A stretch of 64,000 bases of DNA from a candidate division WOR-3 bacterium (GTDB lineage: Bacteria; Hydrothermota; Tepidihabitantia; Tepidihabitantales; Tepidihabitantaceae). The notes beneath the pieces were generated by a model that was not told the origin of the DNA, made no database searches, and worked only from the letters and a program-made list of their open reading frames with translations. The stretch is taken from assembly GCA_965649295.1 (NCBI GenBank), contig CBFGKH010000007.1, forward strand, positions 75,464-139,463. Reading direction: 5' to 3'. Numbering within the stretch: the first letter of the stretch is position 1; each line of letters starts with the position of its first letter. Both the position numbers and the translations under genes were made by a program. Positions 27,385 through 36,245 of the stretch are shown in pieces.

Positions 27385-27631
27385 CCGCGGCGAGCCAGCG
27401 CCGGCCGTAGTTGATAATCAGCGAGCCGAGCGCGCCGAAGATGCCGGCGACACCGATGCCGACCGGGCAGCCGGGATTGCCGCAACAGGGACAGACGCCA
27501 CCGCCAATTGCAGCATAGGCGGCCGAGATAGCCGCCCAGAGCCCGAAGTAACGGAACAGGCCGGCGAGTGTCCGGGCAGCCCGGCCGCGGGGAACGACAG
27601 GCGTGGCCCGGGCAGAAGAAGGCAGAGCCAC
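27341..27631 (-). CDS. small membrane protein with [10 protein letters not shown] motif
   Basis: 96 aa. One transmembrane segment carrying [15 protein letters not shown]. Confidence 0.4.
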   Translation of the reverse strand: MALPSSARATPVVPRGRAARTLAGLFRYFGLWAAISAAYAAIGGGVCPCCGNPGCPVGIGVAGIFGALGSLIINYGRRWLAAVSVHLRRQAGVPRH

Positions 27632-27642
27632 CTGTTCAGCAC

Positions 27643-28044
27643 TCAGGTCTGGCGGGCGGCCAGCGCGTCTGCTGTCGCGCCGACCACTCGGGCGATGTCG
27701 TCGTTGGTGTGGTCGAAGGCGTGACGCTTTTCGATTCCTAGCTCGGTGACGACGACATGGACCGCCGGGCTGACGCCGATGTTCTCCAGACTCTTGCGGA
27801 CGCAGGCAACCGGACAGCCGTCAATTGCCACACAGGGCTTCGCCTGCGCGCTCCTGACGAAGCTCTCCAGTTGCGCGCCGACACCGACGGCACAGTACAT
27901 CGAGCCCTGGCCGTAGCCGTCAAGCGCCCGGGCCGCATCGTTGGCAATCTGGCCGACGTTGGAACCGCCGGAGCAGGCAAGCAGCAGGACGTCCCTGGCG
28001 CCGCAGGTGCAGGTCGGCTTCTGCGACGAGTCGCTGCCCGCCAT
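27643..28044 (-). CDS. DGC-domain putative zinc-binding protein
   Basis: 133 aa. CTCGARDVLLLACSGGSNVG and AIDGCPVACVRK (DGC signature). Confidence 0.65.
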   Translation of the reverse strand: MAGSDSSQKPTCTCGARDVLLLACSGGSNVGQIANDAARALDGYGQGSMYCAVGVGAQLESFVRSAQAKPCVAIDGCPVACVRKSLENIGVSPAVHVVVTELGIEKRHAFDHTNDDIARVVGATADALAARQT

Positions 28045-28045
28045 G

Positions 28046-28285
28046 TCAGTTTCCTCCTGCCAGCAGTTTCTTCAGCTCGTCCATGGACGGGACTTTGCCC
28101 TGCGAGACGACCTTGCCGTCAATCACGAGGCCGGGGGTCATGAAGACGCCCATGGCGGCGAACTTCTTCAGGTCGGTGACATGTTCGATGTCGGCGGCGA
28201 TGTTCAGCTCGGCGAGCGCGTCGCGAACCCTTTTCTCGAGTTCCTGGCAGCGCTGGCAGCCGATTCCGAGAACCTGGACTTTCAT
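28046..28285 (-). CDS. thioredoxin-family small protein (redox-active disulfide protein 2 / Thioredoxin_3-like)
   Basis: 79 aa from the internal Met of ORF 28046..28792: MKVQVLGIGCQRCQELEKRVRDALAELNIAADIEHVTDLKKFAAMGVFMTPGLVIDGKVVSQGKV. CxxC active site. Confidence 0.75.
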   Translation of the reverse strand: MKVQVLGIGCQRCQELEKRVRDALAELNIAADIEHVTDLKKFAAMGVFMTPGLVIDGKVVSQGKVPSMDELKKLLAGGN

Positions 28286-28302
28286 GCTGTCACTCCTTTC
28301 GG

Positions 28303-29472
28303 TTACAGCAGGCCATACAGCAGTCCAACGACGGTTGAGAGCACCACAACCAGCAGGATGTAGGTGAATGCCTTCTTCGGGCCGATGGTGCGAATGATGA
28401 CAATCATCGATGGCAGGGAAAGCGCCGGGCCGGAGAGCAGTAGAGCCAGTGCCGGGCCTTTGCCCATGCCCGAGCCAAGCAGGCCCTGCAGAATCGGGAT
28501 TTCGGTCAGGGTGGCGAAGTACATCAAGGCGCCGGAGACCGAGGCGAAGAGGTTCGACCAGAGCGAGTTGCCGCCGACTAGGCCGGCAATGATGGAGTCG
28601 GGAATCACGCCCGCGTTCAGGCCGGGCCGGCCGAGCAGGAATCCGGCGACGAAGACTCCGCCGAGGAGCAGGGGCAGAATCTGCTTGGCGAATGTCCAGG
28701 TCGAGAGCACCCAGGCCCTGCGCTCGTCGGAGTTGAACCAGCGCCAGACCATCAGCAGCACAGCCAGCAGGAACGCGCCGGCGATGAACCACTTCACCGA
28801 GTAGACCGCGCTGAAGAAGCCGATTGGCTCTCTGGGTTTGCCCCAGTTGGCAAAGACGAGGAAGAGAATCATCGCGGCGAAGTAAAGCATGTTCTGCCCG
28901 AGGTTGCGCCGGGACGCTTCCGGAGAGAGTCCGGCGATGCCCGCACCTTCGGCCCGCCGGCGCTCGGACTTCAGGAAGATGAGCGCCATCAGCAGGCCGA
29001 TGACGATGGAGAAGACGACCGCGCCGACTGCCCGGGCGAGTCCGAGTTCGAGACCGAGCACGCGGCCGGTCATCAGGATGGCGAGGACATTGATGGCCGG
29101 GCCGGAGTAGAGAAAGGTCGTCGCGACGCCGAGCCCGGCGCCGGCGTAGTAGATGCCCATGAACATCGGCAGGACGGTGCAGGAGCAGACCGCGAGAATC
29201 GCGCCCGAGACCGAGGCGACAGAGTAGGCCAGCACCTTGTTCGACTTCGGGCCGAAGTACTTGAGGACGGCTTCCTTGGAGATGAAGTTCTGGATTGCGC
29301 CGGCGATGAAGAAGGCGGGCACAAGGCAGAGGAGGACGTGGAGCCGGGCGTAGTCCTGAAGCATCAGGAAGCCTTCGAGCAGCGCACCCTGAACCCGGGC
29401 CTTCTCGACCGGCAGGAAATAGAAGAGCAGAAAGGCGGCGAGGATGACGATGAACTTCGTGCGTTCCCTCAA
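28303..29472 (-). CDS. arsP: ArsP-like organoarsenical permease (DUF318 / predicted-permease family)
   Basis: 389 aa polytopic. AVCSCTVLPMF resembles the ArsP TPFCSCSTVP thiol motif. Two repeated halves. Confidence 0.7.
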   Translation of the reverse strand: MRERTKFIVILAAFLLFYFLPVEKARVQGALLEGFLMLQDYARLHVLLCLVPAFFIAGAIQNFISKEAVLKYFGPKSNKVLAYSVASVSGAILAVCSCTVLPMFMGIYYAGAGLGVATTFLYSGPAINVLAILMTGRVLGLELGLARAVGAVVFSIVIGLLMALIFLKSERRRAEGAGIAGLSPEASRRNLGQNMLYFAAMILFLVFANWGKPREPIGFFSAVYSVKWFIAGAFLLAVLLMVWRWFNSDERRAWVLSTWTFAKQILPLLLGGVFVAGFLLGRPGLNAGVIPDSIIAGLVGGNSLWSNLFASVSGALMYFATLTEIPILQGLLGSGMGKGPALALLLSGPALSLPSMIVIIRTIGPKKAFTYILLVVVLSTVVGLLYGLL

Positions 29473-29475
29473 GGA

Positions 29476-29997
29476 CTACTCCCAGCCGAACTGACGGAAC
29501 TTCGCGACGATGGAGTCGCGCGGATAGACGCCGATGTGGCGGAAGAGCTCGTTGCCTTCCGGGTCGTAGAAAATCTGAGTCGGAATGACCTGAATCCGGG
29601 CCTCAGCCGTCAGTTGCTTCTCCTCGTAGACGTTGATGATGCGGATGTCAACCTTGCCCTGATACTCGGCCATCATCGGTTCGAGGATGTCTTTCATCGT
29701 CTGGCAAGGAATGCACCTCTCGGAGCCGTAGTCCCACATCCGGGGCAGGACTTTGGGCCTGGGCGGCGGCTCAGGCCTAGGTTCGGGCTTCGGCTCGGGT
29801 TTAGGTGCAGCCGGTTCACTGGCGGCGACGGCCAGGGTTTCCGCCGGGGGCAGCGTCTCGGGAATCTCGCTCTGCGCGGCGAGAGAGCTGTCAGCAGCGG
29901 CTGTCTTGCCGGCGGGTTGAGGAGCATTGGGACAGCCGGGCAGCAGCGCCAGCAGCAGGACAGGTGCAAGTAAGGTGAGGGTGGACTGTTTCATCAA
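29476..29997 (-). CDS. thioredoxin-fold lipoprotein
   Basis: 173 aa. Lipobox LLPGC. Pro/Glu/Lys linker (PKPEPKPEPRPEPPP). C-terminal CIPC active site with a Trx-like fold. Confidence 0.65.
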   Translation of the reverse strand: MMKQSTLTLLAPVLLLALLPGCPNAPQPAGKTAAADSSLAAQSEIPETLPPAETLAVAASEPAAPKPEPKPEPRPEPPPRPKVLPRMWDYGSERCIPCQTMKDILEPMMAEYQGKVDIRIINVYEEKQLTAEARIQVIPTQIFYDPEGNELFRHIGVYPRDSIVAKFRQFGWE

Positions 29998-30009
29998 TTG
30001 GCCTCCGGA

Positions 30010-30711
30010 CTAGCGTCTGACCAGTTCATAGGCGAAGTATGCAGCCACGAGCAGCAGCAGCACGCCCGAGGCTTTCCTGAGAATGACCGAGGCCTTGTTC
30101 AGGCCTTTGGAGTTGACCAGCGCTTCGGCAAGGCCGATGGAGGTGCCGGCGAGCAGCACCAGCACAGAATGGCCGAGAGCATAGGTGAAGAGCAAGAGCC
30201 CGCCGTAGACCACGTTGCCCTTTGACGCCACGTAGGACAGGATGACGGCGAGAATCGGCATGGCGCAGGGCGTGGCGATGACGCCGGTCAGAGCGCCGAG
30301 CAGGAAGGCGCCGATAACCCCGCCGGCCTTCGGGGCGAAGCCGCGCGGCAGCGGAAGTTCGAAGTTCGGGAAAAAGAGAATCTGGACGCCCATCACCACA
30401 CAGACGATGATGATGAGGATGGGCCAGAACCTGGACGTCGTGCCGAAGAGCGTGCCGGCAAGGCCGGCAATCATTCCGAGCGCGGTGAATGCGGCGGCGA
30501 TGCCGAGGAAGAGAAAGAGCGCAAGCAGCAGCGCATAGCTCTTGCTCCTGCCCGGCGTGTAGCCGCCGACAAAGCCGATGGCCAGAGGGATTGACGCCAG
30601 CACGCAGGGGTTGAGGGCGGTGACGAGCCCGCCGAGGAACACGACCGGGACCGCCAGCAGCGGCTGGGAGGTAATCAGCTTCTCGGCGTTGGCGAGCAGG
30701 GAGGAGAGCAT
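30010..30711 (-). CDS. ccdA: cytochrome-c-biogenesis / thiol-disulfide electron transporter CcdA (DsbD core)
   Basis: 233 aa, 6 transmembrane helices, with the two conserved Cys in LNPCVL and ATPCAMP. Confidence 0.8.
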   Translation of the reverse strand: MLSSLLANAEKLITSQPLLAVPVVFLGGLVTALNPCVLASIPLAIGFVGGYTPGRSKSYALLLALFLFLGIAAAFTALGMIAGLAGTLFGTTSRFWPILIIIVCVVMGVQILFFPNFELPLPRGFAPKAGGVIGAFLLGALTGVIATPCAMPILAVILSYVASKGNVVYGGLLLFTYALGHSVLVLLAGTSIGLAEALVNSKGLNKASVILRKASGVLLLLVAAYFAYELVRR

Positions 30712-30717
30712 CGCCTC

Positions 30718-31557
30718 TCAGGCTGCCGGTTTGGCTGCAGCGACCTTGATGCTCGTAACGCTGGCGGCAGCCGCCCGCGGTTCATCCGCGGTCAATCCCG
30801 ACTCGCGCACGAGCGCCTGCAGAGTCGGGTCGCTGGCCGGGACTTCGACCGGGAACCGGTCTTCGCCGACTACGCTGATGTCCGTGAAGCCGGCAGCGGC
30901 GATTGTGGCGAGGTAGTCGGCTTTCAGATTTGCTCCGGATATGCAGCCGACATAGGCGGCTGCCGAGTCGAGCAGGGCCGGCGGCAGGGGCGCGGTGAGA
31001 ACAATGTCGGAAACGAGCAGCCGGCCACCGGGTTTGAGCACGCGCAAGGCCTCGCGGAAAACCTGCGGCTTGTCCGGCGAGAGGTTGACGACGCAGTTGG
31101 AAATCACGACGTCAATTGAGTTGTCGGCAACCGGCAGGTGTTCGATTTCACCAAGTCGGAACTCGACGTTGGCAATGCCCGCCTTGCGGGCATTCTGCCG
31201 GGCGCGCTCGACCATCTCCGGGGTCATGTCCACGCCAATGACCTTTCCGGTCGGGCCGACCTTGCGCGCGGCGAGAAAGCAGTCAAAGCCGGCACCCGAA
31301 CCAAGGTCGAGCACGGTTTCGCCCCGCTTTAGGCTGGCGAGGGCGACCGGATTGCCGCAGCCAAGCCCGAGATTCGCATCAGGCGGAACCCCGGCCAAAT
31401 CCTCGTCCGAATAGCCAATCGCGCGGGCAGTTGCAGTCGGGCTACCGTTGCCGCAACAACACTTAGTCTGCGGGCCGCAGCAGGAGTCTGATTGCCGAGG
31501 TATCGAGCCGTAAGCATCGCGGACCGCCTGCTTGATATCCTTGTCGTGACCTGACAC
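30718..31557 (-). CDS. arsM: arsenite S-adenosylmethionine methyltransferase ArsM
   Basis: 279 aa. N-terminal Cys pairs (SCCGP, CCCG). SAM motif VLDLGSGAGFD. DVVISNCVVNLSPDK. Confidence 0.8.
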   Translation of the reverse strand: MSGHDKDIKQAVRDAYGSIPRQSDSCCGPQTKCCCGNGSPTATARAIGYSDEDLAGVPPDANLGLGCGNPVALASLKRGETVLDLGSGAGFDCFLAARKVGPTGKVIGVDMTPEMVERARQNARKAGIANVEFRLGEIEHLPVADNSIDVVISNCVVNLSPDKPQVFREALRVLKPGGRLLVSDIVLTAPLPPALLDSAAAYVGCISGANLKADYLATIAAAGFTDISVVGEDRFPVEVPASDPTLQALVRESGLTADEPRAAAASVTSIKVAAAKPAA

Positions 31558-31925
31558 TAGCGGTGCGCTTCCTTGGTTGAGGATGTGCTACAGCTCGTAC
31601 GCTCCGAGCCTTTGGGTCGGCGGGCCGTGCAGCGACCGGGCTTGCCGGCCTTGGCCAGTTGCCGAGCCTGGTCAAGGAACTCCAGCACCGACTCATCAGC
31701 CAGCCGGTAGCGCATCCCGCGGCCGTCGCGTCGGGAGACGATGATGCCGGCCTGCTCGAGCACCGACAGATGGTGTGACACCACCGAGAAGCTGGTTGGA
31801 AAGTGGGGGGCAAGTTCACAGACACACCGTTCGCCAGCAGCCAACAATTCAACAAGCCGCATCCGATACTCAGAGCCGAGCGCTGCCAGATAGGCCGTTG
31901 TCAACTGCCGACTGCTGATATCCAT
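31557..31925 (-). CDS. arsR: ArsR/SmtB-family arsenite-responsive repressor
   Basis: 122 aa from the internal Met of ORF 31557..32279. RMRLVELLAAGERCVCELAP carries the ELCVCDL-type As(III) site, followed by a helix-turn-helix. 1-nt overlap with arsM. Confidence 0.8.
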   Translation of the reverse strand: MDISSRQLTTAYLAALGSEYRMRLVELLAAGERCVCELAPHFPTSFSVVSHHLSVLEQAGIIVSRRDGRGMRYRLADESVLEFLDQARQLAKAGKPGRCTARRPKGSERTSCSTSSTKEAHR

Positions 31926-31945
31926 ATTTCTAAAAATATAGAAAT
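31926..31945 (-). promoter_or_regulatory. candidate ArsR operator: AT-rich palindrome ATTTCTA-N6-TAGAAAT abutting the arsR start codon
   Basis: Minus-strand reading: ggatATTTCTAtatnnnTAGAAATatg. A perfect 7-bp inverted repeat with a 6-nt spacer inside an AT island, in an otherwise ~60% GC genome. Confidence 0.4.
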
Positions 31946-32476
31946 ATCCGGCGATGTCAACGGTGTCGAAACGGCGGTGGGTGTTGGGCGGCGGCGGTTG
32001 ATAAGGGCAGGGCTGGGTAAGGGTAGTTGGGTTTCGGGCGGCGCAGGGGCGGAGACCACCCGTGCCGCTGCGCCGCCCGGAGGAGGTTTCCATGCCGAGA
32101 CGCTGTCGGTTCTGCTGTCTGCTCTGTCCTAGTTTCTTCTGTTGGACGAGCCGGAAATCCCGAGGTTGCATGGGAAGCGACTGACCAGCAGCGGCGGTAG
32201 CTAACTTATGGAGAATAAAGCAGATGTGTTGCGCAGCCCGGTCAGGCCGTATCAAACGCGGACAGCGACCAGTTCGCACCGGCCGCTGTCATCTGCGAGA
32301 AGGAGGCTTGTGTGCTCTGACTTGCCCGTTCTGCCACAGCAGTCTGCTGCAGCTCGATATGTATGACGCTTTCTTGGACAGATGGTTGCACTGGTTTGCT
32401 TGACCGCTGGTTATGGGGCAATAGAATCGTATTGCTGGGCCGGTTCCATAACTCAAGAAGTCTCATAGGAGTACAG

Positions 32477-34636
32477 ATGAAGTCTTACTTTCTTGTCCTG
32501 GCCGTTCTATTGGCGATTCCGGCGGTGGCTCGGCCGCAGTACCGGATGGGGTTCAATTACGCCGATCTGGCCAAGGTTGCGCCGGACAAGGAAGTGATAG
32601 TGGTGCTGCCAGCGCCGGGCTGCCGTGATCACCGCGACCTAGTACGGGTTGACCTGACTGACCAGATGCCGCCGGTTGGTGACCAGTTGGCGCAGGGTTC
32701 GTGCATGTCCTGGGCAGTGGGCTACTATCATCGCACTCAGCTTGAGTATCGGGAGCGGGGCTGGGACCTGACCGATCCGCGCCACCGCTTCAGCGCCGCG
32801 TTTCTCTACAATCAGGTGAATGGCGGGGCTGACCGCGGTTCCGGATTTGAGGACAACATGCCCTTAGTCTGCGAGCAGGGCGCGGCAAGCGAGGCCTTGA
32901 TGCCGTATGACCAGTATGACTGTGTCTCCTGGCCGTCCGAGGCCGCCTACTATGAGGCGATTCCTTATCGCTGCCGCGACTGGGGCTGGTTGCGGGTGCG
33001 CAATGAGACCGAGCTAGCGAATGTCAAGCAGATTTTGGCCAATGGCAGCACCTGCGTCATCGCCATCTGGTGCTGGGACAACTTCATGAACATCTCCCGT
33101 TACAACAACACCTACTGTGTTGCCGACCGCGCTGGCCAGAACGGCGGTGGCCACGGTGTCTGCATTGTCGGTTACGACGACACGCTGACCACCCGCGACG
33201 GCCAGGGTGCATTTCGGATAGTCAACTCCTGGGGCACGGGCTGGGGCGACCGCGGCTACTTCTGGATGTCCTATCAGGCGGTGATGAACACCGACCTCTC
33301 CCAGCGGGTTGTCGGCTATCTTATTGACACGGTCGGTTACCAGCCGACGCTTTTTGCTCGGGTTCGGCTGAACCATCCCACCAGGGACCGAATTGGTCTG
33401 CAGTTTCTCGTTGGCCGGGCGAGCTCGCCGAGCTGGTATCGGGAGTTTCGCACCTGGCGTCAGGCTGCGGTTGACCAGCCGTTCCCACCGAACAACATCG
33501 TCTTTGACCTGACTGAGGCGAGCGAGTATCTCACCGGTCAGACTGCTGAGTCGGTCTATTTCTGCTGCTGGGACACGCGCCTTGACGGCCGGGACGGCGC
33601 GGTCGAGCAGATGGGCAGCAAGTATCTGCCTTGGTACAACTGGTATCCGAGCACTACCGTGCCGACTGCGATTCCCGACAATGGCGGAATGGTGCTGGTC
33701 GGCACTCGGGTCGAACAGCACGACCAGGATGCGAGCGCGGCAACAGTTCTCGCACCGCTGGGCGTGGTCGAGCCGGGCCAGGCCTACCGGCCCCAGGCCA
33801 GGGTCTATAACTACGGCACTACCATTGCCAGCTTCCCAGTCTTTCTGCGCATCGCTCCAGACTGGCGCGACAGTCGTAATGTCAACGGGCTTGCGCCGGG
33901 CGAATCGTGCGATGTCGAGTTTGGCTACTGGACAGCGCCGCCAGAAGGCGTGGCAGTCCTGAGCTGCTCGACCGCGCTGGCCGGCGACTCCTACTATGCC
34001 AACGACACCGTCTCAGCAACGGTGCGGGTGCGCTATCACGATGTGGCAGTAGTCGAGGTATTGGCACCACCAGCTAGAGTTGACTCAGGAGTCGGGCTGA
34101 TGCCAAGGGTGCGCTGTCGTAACAACGGCACCCAGACCGAGACGTTTCTCTTGCGCTTTGTCATTCCGGGCGAATCCTACAACCGACTGGCCCAGCTTGG
34201 GCTAGCCCCTGGTGCTGAAGGCCAGGCCCTGTTTCCAACCTGGACACCGCGAGTTCTGGGCAGTCATGCCTACACCTGCTCGCTTAGCCTGAGCAGCGAC
34301 CAGAACCCAGAGAACAACCGCATCGAAGGAACGGTTGAAGTGGCGGCTGGTTCGGGTGTCGAGGAGCTGGCGGGCATCAGGCCGGGATTTGGTCTGGTCG
34401 AGGCCATGCCCAACCCGTTCGCCACAAGCACGGTAATTCGCTACTCGCTCGGCCGGCCCGGCCCGGCAACAGTCCACATCTGCGACGTTACCGGCCGCAT
34501 CGTCTTCACAAGCGCACTTGACCATTCGACCACAGGAGCAGTTGTCCTTGACGGGCGTTCGCTTCCTGCCGGCACCTACATTGTCCGACTCGAAGCTAAG
34601 GGCCAGACAGCAACCGCAGCAATCGTCCGGCGCTAG
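32477..34636 (+). CDS. secreted papain-family (C1) cysteine peptidase with CARDB-like domains and T9SS C-terminal sorting domain
   Basis: Start at MKSYFLVLAVLLAIPAVA (AGGAG RBS); the ORF track starts at 32363. QGSCMSWAV (Cys), GGGHGVCIVGYDD (His), NSWGTGWGDRGYFWMSY (Asn/Trp). Terminal IRYSLGRPGPATVHICDVTGRIV...YIVRLEAKGQTATAAIVRR is a T9SS CTD. Confidence 0.8.
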   Translation: MKSYFLVLAVLLAIPAVARPQYRMGFNYADLAKVAPDKEVIVVLPAPGCRDHRDLVRVDLTDQMPPVGDQLAQGSCMSWAVGYYHRTQLEYRERGWDLTDPRHRFSAAFLYNQVNGGADRGSGFEDNMPLVCEQGAASEALMPYDQYDCVSWPSEAAYYEAIPYRCRDWGWLRVRNETELANVKQILANGSTCVIAIWCWDNFMNISRYNNTYCVADRAGQNGGGHGVCIVGYDDTLTTRDGQGAFRIVNSWGTGWGDRGYFWMSYQAVMNTDLSQRVVGYLIDTVGYQPTLFARVRLNHPTRDRIGLQFLVGRASSPSWYREFRTWRQAAVDQPFPPNNIVFDLTEASEYLTGQTAESVYFCCWDTRLDGRDGAVEQMGSKYLPWYNWYPSTTVPTAIPDNGGMVLVGTRVEQHDQDASAATVLAPLGVVEPGQAYRPQARVYNYGTTIASFPVFLRIAPDWRDSRNVNGLAPGESCDVEFGYWTAPPEGVAVLSCSTALAGDSYYANDTVSATVRVRYHDVAVVEVLAPPARVDSGVGLMPRVRCRNNGTQTETFLLRFVIPGESYNRLAQLGLAPGAEGQALFPTWTPRVLGSHAYTCSLSLSSDQNPENNRIEGTVEVAAGSGVEELAGIRPGFGLVEAMPNPFATSTVIRYSLGRPGPATVHICDVTGRIVFTSALDHSTTGAVVLDGRSLPAGTYIVRLEAKGQTATAAIVRR

Positions 34637-34645
34637 CCTGCTCGC

Positions 34646-36235
34646 CTAGCGCCGGAACCGGCGGCGGATAGCGAGAAGAAAGAGGGCGAGCACACCGACG
34701 CCAACCAACGCCTGCGTCGCCATCAGGACGGTCTGATACCAGCAGCTCAGGTTTTCGAGTTGGAACCGGAAGTAGCCCGGCACCATATTGACCAGACCAG
34801 AGAGCAGTGCCCAGCCGGTCCGTTCGAGTATCTGCGCTGGCGTGGGCCCGGGTCTGATTCGCCAGAGCACGGGCGCGGCACTGCCGTAGCCAAACCAGAA
34901 GTAGAGGTTCGCAAACGCGAGCCAGACCTGAGCCAGGCGCCCTAGCGCCAGTTGTGGTGACTCACCGTAGTTGCTGACGACCTTGTAGAGCCAGAGGGCA
35001 AAGCGGAAGAATCCGCGTGCCTGGGTTCGGCGATACTCCATCTCGGCAACGTGAAAGTCGCCGGCATCAGAATAGGAACCGTACCTTTCGGTTGCGAGCC
35101 GAATTTCCCGCGCGACGCGCTCGACATCCTGCTTTACCAGTTGTTCGGTTCTACCCCAAATCTCTTGCTGGGGTCTTGTTTCTTGTTCGGCTGTCTCGCC
35201 TTCGAGCCCTGGCCTATCAGCAGAAAACAGCTCTGGTAGTGTCCCAACCTGCTCCTCGGGCAGCCCAGTTCTTTTTGCCAACTGTTCGGGATTCCATTCT
35301 TGGTGCGGCGTGAATGCGAACTGGGCGTCGAAGATGAACTTCTTGGGGTCGGTCTCCCACTTCACATTGGCGAAACGTACGAGCAACCGGTCAGTGAGAA
35401 TATCGGTATGCAGGAACGAGACGCGGTTCATATTCTCGCTAATGTCCCGGAACACAACCTGACCGGCCGGCGCAATGATGCGGCCTTGCCTATGGTCTTG
35501 CTCCATCGTGATGTCGGAAGTGCCGTGAACGAAGTCCAAGTCCCAGAGCAGGATGGTTGCCTTTTCGCCAATCTCGGTGCCGGCAAAGAGCAACTGATTG
35601 CGCAGGGAGGCGCGATTGAAGTCCACTGGGCCATCGAACTTGGCCCGAGTGAGGTCTGCAGGGCCAATGAATCTCGTATGGCCGAAGATGGCCTCGGCGC
35701 GGAACCGCGCGAAGCTGAAGTCGGCCGTGTTGCTGAACCGCGCTCCGTGGAAGTCGGCCTTGGCGCGGAACTGCGCTCCCAAGAAGTCGGCCTTGGCGCG
35801 GAACTGCGCTCCGCGGAAGTCGCAGACGGGGAAGACGAACTGCACGAAGTTGTGCTTTCCGTCCATCGCCGGAAAGATGAAGCCGGTGAACTGCCAGGGC
35901 TCGCTCGGGTTGATTCTGGCGGCATAGGCCTTGGTCAGCACTTCGTTGGCCTCGCCGAAGACCCAGTGCCTAGGATTGTTTTCCTGCCACTTCTTTGTTT
36001 TGTCGTCTCCGGCCTTGTTGAGCAGGGCGACTAGGTATGATGCCAGATGTTGCCAGAAGTTGGCAGGGTCTTTCTGTTCTACCGGTTGATGAAAGATGCA
36101 GAGGTCACTGCCGTGTTCGGCGTCGAAAGGGCAGCTCCAGCCTGATTGATACTGGTAGTTGCACCGTTTCTTCTCTGGCGCTGGGGTTGGGGCCTGCATT
36201 GGGCTGAGTGTAGGCAGTTGGGACAGGCCGGTCAA
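34646..36235 (-). CDS. pentapeptide-repeat protein with N-terminal Cys/His knuckle and C-terminal membrane anchor
   Basis: 529 aa. CNYQYQSGWSCPFDAEHGSDLCIFH. Repeats FRGAQFRAKADFLGAQFRAKADFHGARFSNTADFSFARFRAEAIFGHTRF. C-terminal helix WYQTVLMATQALVGVGVLALFLLAI. Confidence 0.7.
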   Translation of the reverse strand: MTGLSQLPTLSPMQAPTPAPEKKRCNYQYQSGWSCPFDAEHGSDLCIFHQPVEQKDPANFWQHLASYLVALLNKAGDDKTKKWQENNPRHWVFGEANEVLTKAYAARINPSEPWQFTGFIFPAMDGKHNFVQFVFPVCDFRGAQFRAKADFLGAQFRAKADFHGARFSNTADFSFARFRAEAIFGHTRFIGPADLTRAKFDGPVDFNRASLRNQLLFAGTEIGEKATILLWDLDFVHGTSDITMEQDHRQGRIIAPAGQVVFRDISENMNRVSFLHTDILTDRLLVRFANVKWETDPKKFIFDAQFAFTPHQEWNPEQLAKRTGLPEEQVGTLPELFSADRPGLEGETAEQETRPQQEIWGRTEQLVKQDVERVAREIRLATERYGSYSDAGDFHVAEMEYRRTQARGFFRFALWLYKVVSNYGESPQLALGRLAQVWLAFANLYFWFGYGSAAPVLWRIRPGPTPAQILERTGWALLSGLVNMVPGYFRFQLENLSCWYQTVLMATQALVGVGVLALFLLAIRRRFRR

Positions 36236-36245
36236 GTGGGCAAAG

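Noticed and set aside
28046-28792. 248-aa minus-strand ORF
   Set aside because: Only the last 79 aa (from MKVQVLGIGCQRCQ) form a thioredoxin-like protein. The N-terminal 170 aa are Arg/Pro-rich read-through antisense to the ArsP gene.
31557-32279. 240-aa version of arsR
   Set aside because: The N-terminal 118 aa are Arg/Pro-rich with no homology. The ArsR fold begins at the internal Met (31925), which also coincides with the palindromic operator candidate.
34700-34900. WFGYGS motif in the pentapeptide protein, resembling a K+-channel selectivity filter
   Set aside because: It is an isolated tripeptide match. There is no pore-helix / 2-TM arrangement around it, and only the final helix is convincingly membrane-spanning.
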